A DNA stretch of 64,000 nt from Eledone cirrhosa (lineage: Eukaryota), in assembly GCA_964016885.1 (NCBI GenBank), contig OZ024740.1, positions 14,136,001-14,200,000 on the forward strand, written 5' to 3'. A program made the position numbers and the translations under genes. This document shows positions 13,115 through 27,474 of this stretch, piece by piece (position 1 is the stretch's first letter; each line of letters starts with the position of its first letter). The notes under the pieces were generated by a model. It made no database searches, was not told the DNA's origin, and was given only the letters and a program-made list of their open reading frames with translations.

Positions 13115-16100
13115 TGTTCTTCTGGTTTTATAATTTCCCATTTTTTTTCCCAATAGAGAGTCGGTTTCTAACAGACACAAGACTCTCTCATTGGAATTTA
13201 CACAACATCAACTAGGTAGATATATATGTATGTATGCATGTGTAGATATGGATGTTATTGTATGTGTGGATGTGTATGTTCTGAGTTGTATGTGTGCATG
13301 TGTATATTTTTTGTATCTGTACATGTGTATATGCAGTTATTAGATGCAACATTTTTGGAATGTTTTACATATTTTTACTGTTCCATTAATGGATCGTACT
13401 TGTAATTTCCTAACTAGTTGTGTTCTTTCTGTTCCTGTGAAGCCTAGCTTCTCAAGATTTTAATTGAGGCAGTTACTAACATAACCCAGTGCCCCAATAA
13501 TCACAGGCATAAATCTGAAGGTGTAATCAGGTTGGAGTATCTGCAGATTTCTCATCAGTTCTGCATAAATATTCTCCTTTTCACTAATCTTTGATATTAT
13601 ATTGGCATCTGCTGGGCAGCTAATTTCCACTACTGTGCATGCTTTCTTCTCCCTGTCCCTTATCATAATATCTGGTCTGTTATGTCTGCATTTTATTGGG
13701 GTTTTTACTGGAACATTCCACCAGTACTCTTTCATATTATGTACGTGAATGTCTTCCACATTGCTGTAGCTTTTAATGTGTTTATTATCGAGGCTATCTT
13801 TTTTACGGACTGCATTGTACAGTGTTTTGGCCACTACATTATGCCTCATAGGTAGATAGTACCGCGATGACATCTTTGAACAGCTGCTGATGACATGGGT
13901 GATATCCTCGTTGTTAGTTCTGCAGAGTCTGCACTTGTTATCACATCTAGGTGTTTTGCCTGCATCCCTATCTCTTTTGTGAATCAGGTATTTCGTGTTA
14001 ATCTCCTGTTCTTGGATTGCAAAACCATATCCTTCAAAGTGGGAGCCAATATAGCAGTTGTTGGTCCAAGATAGACTACTTTCCTTATATATATTACTCT
14101 CACCCAGGAGCTTCCTGGCATCCTATCCATGCATGATCTTTTGCTGATAAGCATGCAGTTTTTCATGTTTCAAGTAAAGGCGTTCTATGTCACTGTTGAT
14201 GTGGAAGTTTCTGGTGTTTAATATTTTTTGAGTTCCAACATCAATTGCTCGGATTTCGTCTATCGTCCAATTGAGTATTCCAAACTTTGGTGTTAGGACA
14301 AGCACAGCAAACACATTGTGAGCCACTGTTTTGTTTTGCGCAGAGAGTTCCGATGACCAAATCTTTCTTAATCGGGTGTAGTATTCCCTGGTTACTCGTT
14401 CCATATTACAGATACCATTATAGGATATGTTCTCATCTATCCCCAGGTATCTGTAGCAGTCCTCATCAGATATCGGTGAAACAGTTAGGCCATTGATGAC
14501 AATGTTGCTAGATTGGGTTGTTGTCTTTCCCCGCTTTACAGTCATGTATGAGCGTTTATCTTGGCAAAATTCCATTCCTATATCCTTTGAGAACGTTGTA
14601 ACCAGGTCAAGATTTTTCTTCATCCCATCCATGTTCTTGGCATAGAGTTTCAGATCGTCCACAAAGAAATTATGGGTTAGGTTCGTATTTCTGTCCTCCT
14701 GTGAGCCAGTGATGTATCCCTTACATTTCTTGAGCAGAAAGGACAAGGGGTTTAATGACAAGATGAATAATATCACAGAGAGACTGTATCCCTGAAATAT
14801 ACCCCTGCAATATTTTATTTTATCAGTGAAAATAGAGTCCTCCCTCTTTGTCTTTAACCATAGGATAGGAGCCCAAGAATAAGACAGCTTCTCTATGGCT
14901 CTGACAATAATGTCTGGGACTTTAGCTAGCTGGAGGGCCTCTATCATCCAAGAGTGGGGAACAGAATCGAAAGCTTTCTTGTAGTTCAGCTAGACTGTAG
15001 TCATATTCCTCCTAAGTTGTCGCACCTCCGACATCGCAGTTTTGTTGATTAGGAGTTGTTCAACACATCCCCAAACCCCTTTCTTTCCAGCTGCTTGTTC
15101 ATCTGTGATGATGTTATTATTTTCACAGTGATCTTGGAGGAATAGGTTCAGGCAGGCTGTATACATCTAATACATCAGGTTCTGACATGAAATGGGTCGG
15201 TAGATTTTTTGCCAAGTGGGTGTCTTTGTTCTTAGGGACCAGTAATGTTTCTGCTAATGTCAACCATTCTTGACAAGAACTTGTTGGTAGAGGTCAGTAA
15301 GATACCTCCGATAGAATATCAGTTTTTTGTACCAGTAGCCGACAATCATGTCTCTTCCTGGTGTTTTCTTATCTTGGAGTTTTCCTATCACAGTCCCAAG
15401 GGTACCCTCACTTATTTCGTATGTTTTTGTTGTAGTGTAGGAGCAATAGTTCTTTCGGATTTTTCTTAGCTACACTGCATCTTGGTTGAAATTCTTCTTT
15501 ACACCCCATATTTTGCTCCAAAATGAATCTATGTCTTTCTGGTGCATCTATGTCTTTCAGTGACACTTATTATTTTGTTCTCCATATCTCTATAGACTGA
15601 TGTTTGGTTTCGTCTGAATCTTTTATTAAGCACTTTTCTCTCATCTACCTTCTTCAGGTATCGGCGTTTTTCGCTAACAGCTCTCAATTCTTGTTTGAGG
15701 GTGATCAGCTTATATTGAAGAGTTCTGGTTCTACTGTTACCAAACATCGTCTCTATTTTATTTTTTACTCTTTGTTGGTGAGGAGTGAGGTTTTTTTTGT
15801 GTTTGTTTGCATGTAAGGAGCATTGTCACATTTCCTATGGTTTTTCGTAGGTCAGCAATCTTTTTTTCTATTTTAGTTATATATGATGGTTTTTTGGTGG
15901 TGTTTTGTTCTTGTTAATATCTCTGCTATCACCAAAATAATGCTTCACTGTCGTTGCTAGGACATATAAACAGGCGTTGATTTGGCAAAATGTTGGGTTT
16001 TTCTCCGTCGTAAATATTCATCCCCTATTTCGTCAATAACACGTAATATTTCATTATTTATTTATTTTATTTTTTTTTTTTTTTTATTAAACATTGTCGT

Positions 16101-16905
16101 TTTAATACGTTCAGCCAGAGAGATATTTATACATGAATTAATTTCTCTCTGGAAGATTTCGTTGAGGGAAATTTTCAATTGTTTATTATCATTATCGATA
16201 GTATTTTCCACAACAGTTGAGGTAGACTTAGATGGTACAGGTGGTGTCAAGTTTCTTACAGGCATAGTTCTTACAGGCATGTTTCAAGGCGCTGTTCGAC
16301 CTGGTTGCTAGGAAGTCTAGTAGCATGGCGACCTGTAGCACGTGTTGTTGATCCCATGTTTGTTGTGGGGGACTTACAATTAATAACATTTATCTTATTT
16401 TTACGTTCAACAAACGTTGCTTGTTGGCGTAATTGTTTTGCTGTGAAATAATTTAGCTTTGGGTGTATTTCGTCCCAGTGTAGCTTCATTCTGTTCATAT
16501 AGCCAATGGATGGATTGTTTTTTGCCATTTTATAACAATTAAATAAATCATTATTAAGTTCGCAACTCCAAAAGAAATGCGATTTATAATTTCGGTTTCT
16601 TCTGTAGCTACAACTGAATAAAGTTTGTTTACCTTTCTTGTTGTTTGTCTTCGATACTTCCTTAATTTTGTTGTTGATGTTGTGTACAGCCATGCTGTTT
16701 GTAGCAAATCCTTGTAAAATGAATTATGTATTTAGTCGGATATCTCTATGAATTCGAATAAAAGGTGTCTTCAGAAGATATAGTTAGAAGAATAACCAGT
16801 TATTCAACATGACTGTAGTTGTGGCATTACTGTCGGAGATAGTATTCATCTTAAATTTAATAAATAGTCTCCCACGCTAAAATATGCGACTGATCGCGTT
16901 GACTG
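13115..16905 (-). mobile_element. Near full-length decayed R4/Dong-type non-LTR retrotransposon (family A)
   Basis: ORF fragments: RT (RGIFQGYSLS, NFFVDDLKLY), CCHC knuckle, RHN and REL motifs. Multiple frameshifts; (TACA)n-type flanks. Confidence 0.9.
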
Positions 16906-16906
16906 C

Positions 16907-16937
<31 letters not shown>

Positions 16938-16984
16938 TGTATGTATGTATGTATGTATGTATGTATGTATGTATGTATGTATGT

Positions 16985-19900
16985 TATCTCTTTCTCTTAA
17001 TTTCGAGTATATTTTTTTGACCGGCCACCTTCCTGGTGGCAAGGTTGTAAATGAAAAGAAATTGTCATCCCTTGAATCGCAAGAATGTTTTGCAAATTTT
17101 GAAGGTGCCAGCTATCGCAGCCATTTGCAGACTATGAATTAGGGAGCTGGGCTTTTTGTCCGCAAATCCAAGTTCCGTTATACATTGGTCCAAGCGGATT
17201 GGTATATAACCCGTAGCTCCAATAATGATGGGTATGAAGCTAAAGGTGTATCTTGGATACTGGATTTGTAAACTCCTCATCAATGGTCCGTAGATGTCCT
17301 CCTTCTGTATTTTTCTGACAACGTTTACATCAAGTGGGCAGCTGATCTCCACAACAGAATACGTTTTCAATGTGTGGTCCCAAACAACAATATCAGGCCG
17401 GTTGTGCTTTAATTTGGTGGCAGTTTTTATTTTCAGGTTCCACCAGTATTCCTTAGTGCCATCTGTCTCAATATATTCTTCCTCGTTTGTTGTTAATTTT
17501 GTTTTCCGAAGTGCGTTCCAGATGGTTCTAGCTATCCCATCGTGTCTCATGGGGAGGTAGTAGCGAGATGACATTCTTTCGCAGCTGGCAACAATGTGGC
17601 TTACATCCTCGATCTTTGTTTTACATAGCCTACATTTATTGTCAGCTGCTGGCCCTCCTCTTTTGTGCAGCAGATATTTGGTAGGGAGTTCTTGTTCCTG
17701 TATTACATAGAGATATCCCTCAAGGTGTGATGTCATAAACTTGTCGGAACTCCATGCCAGGCTTTTTGAGTGGTTTGTCCCCTCTATGGTCTGTGTTTTA
17801 CGCCTCAAGTATCCATGCACAACTTTTTCTGTAAATTGGTCAATTTTTTTATCTTGTTTGAACATTGAATAGGATCTTCCGATTTCTCTGGGTGAGAGAT
17901 TTATATCAGGCTTTATTCCATATCTCTCCTCCAGATCAGTCGCTATTCTAATGATATATTTTTTTTCATGCTCATAAACCTGGGCAAGATGGTTGCCAAC
18001 CTTTTTCCTCTGTTGAAGGTGTTGCTTCAGTGTTACTATACGGGTCTCATATGTTATTAATATTGATTTTAGACCCCGGCCACCTTCCTTGCGTGAGAAG
18101 TATAGCCTATCCACATCACCATTGATGTTAAAGTTCCCAGTAACACTGAGAAGTTTTCGAGTTCTAACATCCATCTCACTTAGTTCTTGCAATGACCAGT
18201 TCAGCAGGCCAAATGTTGGCGTTAGAATTGGCACAGCATAAGTATTGTGGGCAATGTATTTGTTGTATGCTGACAATTCTGATGACCATATTTTCTTTAC
18301 TCTTCTGAGGTATTCAGTTCTGGTTCTCTCCTTATTTATGGGTCCATCATATCTGACATTCTCATCCTGTCCAAGATATCTGTAGTTGTCACCTGACTGT
18401 AGAGGTTTTATTGTCAGGCCGTTCATCTCTAGATTTCTAGAGGAGGGCACAGCTATTCCACGTTTTACTGCCAAATATGCACACTTGGACACACCAAATT
18501 TCATTTTGATGTCGGTTGAAAATTGTGTAATGAGGTCCAATTGTTTCTTGATGTCATTGATATTTGGCCCATACAACTTCAGGTCGCCAACAAAGAAAAG
18601 ATGGGAGATACTTCTGGGCCCACTTCTTTGTCCACCTTGTTTCCTGAGTAGGTAAGATAGTGGATTCAGTGAGAGAACGAAGAGTAGCACTGACAAGCTA
18701 TCACCCTGAAAGATGCCCTTCTGGTAATGTATCTTATCAGTCTTAACTTGCTCCTTCTCACCTCTAAGGATCAAATTGGTGTACCAGTTCTTGGTCAGGC
18801 GTTCAACAGCAGCTACCAATGGTTGTGGGACTTTAGCTAACTGTAAAGCCTTAATAATCCACTCTTGAGGTACACTATCAAATGCTTTTTGATAGTCCAG
18901 CCACACCACAGTCATGTTTCTGCGATTCTTTGTTGTTTTTTTTCTGAATCATTTTGTTAGTTAGTAGGTGATCTATGCAACCCCACACCTCCCTCTTTCC
19001 ACCAGCTTGCTCGGGTGTTATGATGTTGTTGGTAGCACAGTGATCCTGTAAGAACAGATTAAGGCACCCAGTATATAATTTATACATGATGTTTTGGCAG
19101 GCTATTGGGCGGTAATTTTTAGCAAGGGTGGTTTGGCTATTTTTGGGAATGAGGAGAGTAGTGGCAGTTGATAACCATCTGGGCAGTTCTTGTGTGCCTT
19201 TAATGGTTTCTGTAAACAGCCGTATGAGATCTTGCCGATAGAAAGTGAAATTCTTCAACCAGTATCCTGTAATGAGGTCTGGGCCTGGCGATTTCCTATT
19301 CGACATTTTCTGTAGAGCTGTTTCCAGTATTGATCCATCTATGTCATATTGTTTTGTCTGGACATGTTGGCAGTAGTCCTGTTCCAGTTCTTTTAGCCAA
19401 TTAGTTTGTCTGTTGAATCCGTCATCCGTTTCCCATACAGATCTCCAGTAGCTCTCAACCTGTTCTTTTGAAGGGGTGTCATTTACAGGGATTGAGTTTT
19501 TGCCACCGAATCTGCGATAAACTGATTTAGGATCTCTGGCAAACAATCTATTTAGCACTAGTCGTTTATGTGCTGTTGACTTATATTTTAGTCTTTCTGT
19601 TGTAGCTGTGAGTTGTTTCAACTGGTGTAATTTGGAGTTCAAAGTTTTAAATTTTGTATCTCCAAATCGTCTCTCTAACTTTTTTTTTAGGTCTTCCTGG
19701 TGTCGTGTGAAGTTGCTCTCTATGTTGCATTTCGTAACGACTGCGATGTGTGAGATACTTCGTCTCAGGGACAAAATTTTGCTTTTTAAATTTCGCATCC
19801 ACGCTGGTTCAGGCTTTCTGTTTGTATCTTGATTGCGTGGTTTTAGATGTGTGTTATATGATAGCAATGTGACAGCTGAAACATAACAAAATATTAAGCG

Positions 19901-21197
19901 TTTCAAATGTCGTTTCTACACCTTTAGATCGTATAGCCTTCAGATAATTGCCAGCTATTTCGTTCACCGCTTCCAATTCCAATTTAGTGGGTTCTTTACT
20001 GATTCTGGTGTTGTATGGTCTGTCACTCACATTAAGGCTGTGTATCTCTTGAAACATATCGTTCCATATCACTTGTAGGGTGTCCACAAGTTTTTGATGC
20101 TCTGTTTGTCCAGTAGAGTCCTGAATTTCAGCCCCGTTGTTGATGTGGTGACAATTACTACTAGAGTTAGCTGACCTTTCTCGCTGTTCTTCAGTGGAAG
20201 TGGGATGGATTTCAGGAAAATTGTTGGTGAGCTGTTCACTGTTAGATTTAGCTGGACATTCTCTTTGTCTGTCAGTGGAGGTGGGGTGGTTGTCTACAAG
20301 GGCTGTATTTGTAGTATCACTCAATTCCGTTAGATGTATCAATTTACATCTAATGATACGTTTTGCCTGTTCATTTAAATGCTTTGGAGAAAAGTCTAAT
20401 TCTGGGTGTTTGGAGTTCCATAAAGTTTTTAGCCTTTGCATAAAACCGAACTTTTGGGGTTCAGATTGTTTGTATGCTTCATATAATACTTTGTTAAGCT
20501 CGTAGCTCCACTGTATACAACGGTTGTAGTTGCGATTTTGTCGAAGGAGACTTGTACTTTTTGCCTTGATGAGTTCGTCTATTCACTAATATTTCGTATT
20601 TATTTTTCAAAATAGTCGATGATCTTCTTTAAAAGTTTCGACAAAGTTCTGTCAGAATCAAATTTAAAGTTATTCACAGCTTGGGTAATATTTCTTTTCA
20701 GCTAGTTTTTAATTCTACAACTGTGTTTTAAACGATGTTCTTGAATCGTTTGAATCGAGAACAAAAAGAACAGTTACTTAGTATATTTCTTTATGAATGT
20801 AATATAATATAACAACGCTGTATTTATATGTTAAAGTTTATGCATCATTCATATAAATAGGTGTTCTACAACATATTCACAACATATTCACAGTTCAAAC
20901 ACTTATGTTTTTGTTTCTGAATAGAAAACGTTACTTGTATATCTCTTTATAAATGTAATATAACAACGTTGCATTTATATGTTAAAGTGTATGTATCGTT
21001 CATATATCATAAGTGTATGTATCGTTCATATAAATAGGTGTTTTACAACACACAGTTCACACACTTATGTAGAATTATTGTATGTAATCTTACCGCGTAA
21101 TGTAGCTCAACTTTTTCCAATATATGGTATGTTGCCTTCATGTAAGCCGTAATTACACACGTCCGATTATCGGACACTGACCACAACGGTCGCTATT
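16985..21197 (-). mobile_element. Full-length-like R4/Dong-type non-LTR retrotransposon (family B), frameshifted
   Basis: Consecutive ORFs 19854-20441, 18878-19906 (KSPGPD, NYRPIAC, EQAG) and 17065-18915. (ATGT)n on both sides. Confidence 0.92.
17065..18915 (-). pseudogene. RT plus CCHC plus restriction-like endonuclease ORF segment (catalytic D>G)
   Basis: WLDYQKAFDSV, GIFQGDSLS, LFFVGDLKLY (vs VDD in family A), CRLC..H..C, RHD, KHNRPDIVV, VEISCP. Confidence 0.9.
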
Positions 21198-21258
21198 ATG
21201 TATGTATGTATGTATGTATGTATGTATGTATGTATGTATGTATGTATGTATGTATGTA

Positions 21259-21291
<33 letters not shown>

Positions 21292-22004
21292 CTTTGTATG
21301 TGTGTGTGTATGTATGTATGTATGTATGTATGTTTGTATGTATGTATGTGTGTAGTAGTGGCGCCCACACACATTATTAGCTATTTGAAAAGATGATGGA
21401 TTTCGCAACTGACTGCACCAGGGTTCCTGTTCCTCAGGGAACCGCACTATATGGGGGCCAGGGAGTTCTTGGGTATGAGAGTGAGATCCGTCATCTCCAC
21501 AGTAGTCGAAGAATGATGATGATGATATATATATAAGTATATATATATATGTATGTATGTATATATATATAAGAATATATAGGTATATATGTATATATAT
21601 ATATAAGTATATATATATGTATGTATGTATATATATATATAAGTATATATATAGGTATATATGTATATATATATATAAGTATATATATATGTATGTATGT
21701 ATATATATATATAAGTATATATATATATGTATGTAAATATATATATAAGTATATATATATGTATGTAAATATATATATAAGTATATATATATGTATGTAT
21801 ATATATATATGTATATATGTATGTATATATATATAAGTATATATGTATGTATCTATATATAAGTATATATGTATGTATGTATATATATATAAGTATATAT
21901 ATATAAGTATATATATATAAGTATATATGTATGTATGTATATATATATATAAGTATATATGTATGTATATATATATAAGTATATATGTATGTATGTATAT
22001 GTAT

Positions 22005-22494
22005 TTGGACATCCTGCAGGACTAAAAACAAAACCTGTCAAAGGGCAAAGGAGCTCTTAAGAGTCAATGGCCATCCAAAATCACCGGGAGAGATGATCCC
22101 TTAGCCTTTGTCAAGGCAGAATTCTAGGAGAAGGAAAACTCTGATATAACACCTGCAACCCTGATGGTATCCAATGATGTTGACTTGTTCTTCTTTTTGG
22201 TAAATATCATCTTGGTTAAGAGAGTGGGACTGGCTTTGTGCAGTGCCTTTGCTCACTATAAAAGCTTCACAGCACAGGCATTGCTTTATATCTGGAGATC
22301 TCTCTGCACTTGTCGTCACATGGTACCATGGGCCCAGCACTGTGTCAATAATTGTCACAAGTGCAGTGTTTGTACCAGAGTTTTCAAGTCGCTGGCTGGA
22401 CTAAAAAGTCACACTCTTTCAGCGCATCAGTAGGGGTTCTCCTACATGGATATAAAGTAGTGGCCGTACTCGAAAACGAGTTGGCAGCCACCAT
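22005..22494 (+). mobile_element. Non-autonomous RTE-related element, copy 3 (5'-truncated)
   Basis: Homologous to the 3' 490 bp of 11699-12300. Confidence 0.8.
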
Positions 22495-22594
22495 ATATAT
22501 AAGTATGTATGCATGTATGTATGTGTGTGTGTATGTATGTATGTATGTATGTATGTATGTATGTATGTATGTATGTATGTATGTATGTATGTAT

Positions 22595-23204
22595 GTCAGG
22601 TCACCAGTTGGTGCTACTGGTAACATGTATCCCAGTACAACCTGTCTCATGGTCGGGTCGTTGGCGACTAAACTGGCAACCCCACCAAGGTTTCTTGGTG
22701 AGGAGGGTGACTTTGGACATCCTGCAGGACTAAAAACAAAACCTGTCAAAGGGCAAAGGAGCTCTTAAGAGTCAATGGCCATCCAAAATCACCGGGAGAG
22801 ATGACCCCTTAGCCTTTGTCAAGGCAGAATTCTAGGAGAAGGAAAACTCTGATATAACACCTGCAACCCTGATGGTATCCAATGATGTTGACTTGTTCTT
22901 CTTTTTGGTAAATATCATCTTGGTTAAGAGAGTGGGACTGGCTTTGTGCAGTGCCTTTGCTCACTATAAAAGCTTCACGGCACAGGCATTGCTTTATATC
23001 TGGAGATCTCTCTGCACTTGTCGTCACATGGTACCATGGGCCCAGCACTCTGTGCCAATAATTGTCACAAGTATAGTGTTTGTACCATAGTTTTCAAGTC
23101 GCTGGGTGGACTAAAAAGTCACACTCGTTCAGCGCATCGGTAGGGGTTCTCCTACATGGATATAAAGTAGTGGCCGTACTCGAAAACGAGTTGGCAGCCA
23201 CCAT
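22595..23204 (+). mobile_element. Non-autonomous RTE-related element, copy 4
   Basis: Full-length homolog of 11699-12300 with (ATGT)n flanks. Confidence 0.8.
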
Positions 23205-23369
23205 GTATGTATGTATGTATGTATGTATGTATGTTTGTATATATGTATGTGCGTGTATGTGTGTATGTGTGGATGTATGTTTGCATATATGTATGTATGT
23301 ATGTATGCCTGCATGCATGTACTTATGTATATTTGTGTAATACACACAATCATATATATATATATGTAC

Positions 23370-23413
<44 letters not shown>

Positions 23414-23744
23414 GTATTTATCAACATATATACATGCATACACATATATCTACACACACACACAAACATACATACTCAGGCATATACCCGTATTCATGGA
23501 TATACACGCTACTGTCAATATATCGATATATCTATATCTAATATACCCATACTGATATCCATCGATTTATTCTACAATACACTACTCATCCTATAAACAC
23601 TAATATATCATTATATATATTCTCATACGCAAACCCACACCTTATGGAGAGATTTATATACATACAATATATATATCCATGCAGATGTAAACGCACACAT
23701 GTATATATATGATATGCATACAGACATGCAAACACAGTTATATG

Positions 23745-23935
<191 letters not shown>

Positions 23936-24091
23936 TTGTATATATATATATATATGTATATATATGTAGGAGGTGAGTTTTATTGTAGTACAATAAAGCA
24001 ATGCAGATATCGGATAAGAAGCACTCTACAGTTTGTAGGACTGGAGTATACATAATATAAGATCAAAAGATGGTTAAAGGAGTTCCATGTA

Positions 24092-24158
24092 TTTTATTAT
24101 GCGCATTTCAAAAACAAACATCATCATGCAATAATATTTGTGTTTTCATCAGATAAAA
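24092..24158 (-). ncRNA. Minimal type I hammerhead ribozyme (left arm)
   Basis: Reverse complement of the 26415-26481 motif. Confidence 0.8.
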
Positions 24159-26414
24159 CAGGAGAACATGATATGAAGGCTAAAAAACACTTGTGGATAA
24201 TGCAGTTTTAAATCAACATATGAAAAGTGGTTTTAGATTGATGTGTGATATTGGGAAAAATATTTTATTTAGAGAGGGGGGGTGGAAAGGATGAAAAAGG
24301 GAAGGAGATGAGAGGGAGAGATGGGTGATAGAGAGAAAGAGATAGTTTTTATAACTGAGAGGAGATATATTGTTTTACATAGAGAGGTTGAAAACCGTTG
24401 GAAGATAATGTATAAATTAAAAATTAAAAAAATTTTGAAAATTAACGAAGGGAGGATATGTGCGAGGAAAAAATATTTTATTTAGGGAGGGGGGGGGATG
24501 AAAAAAGGGGGAGGAGATGAGAGTGAAGGTGGAGAGGGAGAGATGGGTGATAGAGAGAAAGAGATAGTTTTTATAACTGAGAAAAAGATATATAGTTTTA
24601 TATAGAGAGGTTGGGAACCGTTGGAAGATAATGTATAAATTAAAGGAATTTGAAAATTAACGAAGGGAATTTATGTATGAAGATAGAGAGAAAAAATAAT
24701 AATTGTGGATGAATATTCTAACGTCAAAAAAAGAAATGTATGTTGATAAGATATTGTGGCAATTTCAAAATTAACGAAGAGAAAAATTATTAAGGTTTGT
24801 GTGTAGAAGGATTTGAGAAAAATAATGTGGAGTTAAAGTTTGTATATTGAAGGAATTGATAATATATGCGAATAAAGAGTTAATGTGTATTAATAATGAG
24901 TTCGTTGATGGGGAGAAAAAAATAATAAATTAAGGATGAAATTGAGATTAAAATGATTTATGATAGAGAGAAAAAATAATAATGATTGCGGATGAATATT
25001 CTAACGTCAAAACAACAAATGTATATGTTATGATTTTACAAGGTGGAGATAGAATGAGGGTAATGAGTAAACAAGTATTATAGAGTGTATAATGCCCTTT
25101 AAAGTAAGGTAGATGGGTATATTTTAAAGAGGTGTATGTATATGTGCCTTTGAGAAAAGATTCTAAATTGATAAAGAATTGAATATTAACTGTATACTTT
25201 GTGAAAAGTTCTATGGAATTTATGCAGGCAGATAGAAAACAAATCTGTACGTCTATAATAAATAGACGTACAGATTTGATTCTATAATAAATCTGATTCT
25301 ATAATAAATAGACGTACAGATTTGTTTTCTATCTGCCTGCATAAATTCCATAGAACTTTTCACAAAGTATACAGTTAATATTCAATTCTTTATCAATTTA
25401 GAATCTTTTCTCAAAGGCACATATACATACACCTCTTTAAAATATACCCATCTACCTTACTTTAAAGGGCATTATACACTCTATAATACTTGTTTACTCA
25501 TTACCCTCATTCTATCTCCACCTTGTAAAATCATAACATATACATTTGTTGTTTTGACGTTAGAATATTCATCCGCAATCATTATTATTTTTTCTCTCTA
25601 TCATAAATCTTTTTAATCTCAATTTCATCCTTAATTTATTATTTTTTTCTCCCCATCAACGAACTCATTATTAATACACATTAACTCTTTATTCGCATAT
25701 ATTATCAATTCCTTCAATATACAAACTTTAACTCCACATTATTTTTCTCAAATCCTTCTACACACAAACCTTAATAATTTTTCTCTTCGTTAATTTTGAA
25801 ATTGCCACAATATCTTATCAACATACATTTCTTTTTTTGACGTTAGAATATTCATCCACAATTATTATTTTTTCTCTCTATCTTCATACATAAATTCCCT
25901 TCGTTAATTTTCAAATTCCTTTAATTTATACATTATCTTCCAACGGTTCCCAACCTCTCTATATAAAACTATATATCTTTTTCTCAGTTATAAAAACTAT
26001 CTCTTTCTCTCTATCACCCATCTCTCCCTCTCCACCTTCACTCTCATCTCCTCCCCCTTTTTTCATCCCCCCCCCCCCCCTCCCTAAATAAAATATTTTT
26101 TTCCTCGCACATATCCTCCCTTCGTTAATTTTCAAAATTTTTTTAATTTTTAATTTATACATTATCTTCCAACGGTTTTCAACCTCTCTATGTAAAACAA
26201 TATATCTCCTCTCAGTTATAAAAACTATCTCTTTCTCTCTATCACCCATCTCTCCCTCTCATCTCCTTCCCTTTTTCATATTTCCCCCCCCCCCCCCTCT
26301 CTAAATAAAATATTTTTCCCAATATCACACATCAATCTAAAACCACTTTTCATATGTTGATTTAAAACTGCACTATCCACAAGTGTTTTTTAGCCTTCAT
26401 ATCATGTTCTCCTG

Positions 26415-26481
26415 TTTTATCTGATGAAAACACAAATATTATTGCATGATGATGTTTGTTTTTGAAATGCGCATAATAAAA
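26415..26481 (+). ncRNA. Minimal type I hammerhead ribozyme (right arm)
   Basis: TTTTAT-CTGATGA-stem II-GAAA-T(GCGC)A-TA-ATAAAA. 6-bp stem I and a palindromic tetraloop on stem III. Confidence 0.85.
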
Positions 26482-26518
26482 TACATGGAACTCCTTTAAC
26501 CATCTTTTGATCTTATAT

Positions 26519-26583
<65 letters not shown>

Positions 26584-26734
26584 TTGTATTAATCTCCAGA
26601 GTCTAGCTATTGAGCAGTTAATTTTATTGATTTTTTCAGTTACTTATATTGACTGTCAAATAGCTCTGTTATATTTAACCATTCTGTCGAGAGCTTTATT
26701 CGATTTGTGATATTTTGCATTCTCGCAATAATAC

Positions 26735-27175
26735 ACAACTGAATCATTCGCTTAATAGAGGTGTTAACTCCCTTGCTGAATCCCACGAGGGGTCAGTAAT
26801 AGCCACACTATCTATAGCATCTTGGAGCAAAACCCGTTGATAACACGACTGCCTTGTTCATCATCTCACCAGAAGCCCAACATTCTTTATGTAGGCGGAC
26901 AGTACCTGATTTGGAGTCGCAGAAACCAATACTGGATTTTACCATCAGTCCAGGGTCCGGGAAAATATCAACACATATATTTTTATTGTTTGACCCGAAT
27001 TACTTGGTCGTTTTGTTTGGGCTGTGCGGATGATATGTTTAACCATCATCTCAGTGTGTTTGGCCCTTAACGTATGTTGTAGCTCTGATTCATATGATTC
27101 ATCGAGCGCTTGCCACACATATCGGACGTTGATTTTCGTTAATTCCTGAGCTGAAAACGATTCTCGCTAATTTAT
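26735..27175 (+). repeat. Dispersed repeat, homologous (inverted) to ~36050-36500
   Basis: Shared blocks such as TGTAGGCGGAC.GTAC, ATACTGGATTTTACCA and TTTAACCATC.TCTCAGTGTGTTTGGCC. (TA)n flanks. Confidence 0.7.
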
Positions 27176-27193
27176 ATTTGTATATATGTATAT

Positions 27194-27226
<33 letters not shown>

Positions 27227-27378
27227 AATAAATAACAACTAATACCTTAACACTTCACGCAAAGTAAAACATTTCGTTTTAATCAATTTCCAACCCAGAA
27301 AAAAGAGAGAGAGAAATAAAATGGGAAAAAAAATATTTTTCTTCCTAATAATCGTCTCTTTCGCCCTGTTTTCATATA

Positions 27379-27474
<96 letters not shown>

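Larger units (their letters stand above)
24047..26526. repeat. 2.5-kb near-perfect palindrome (fold-back PLE-type element)
   Basis: 24047-25255 is the reverse complement of 25309-26526 with few substitutions. A hammerhead lies near each outer end, and the arms contain internal tandem duplications. Confidence 0.95.
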
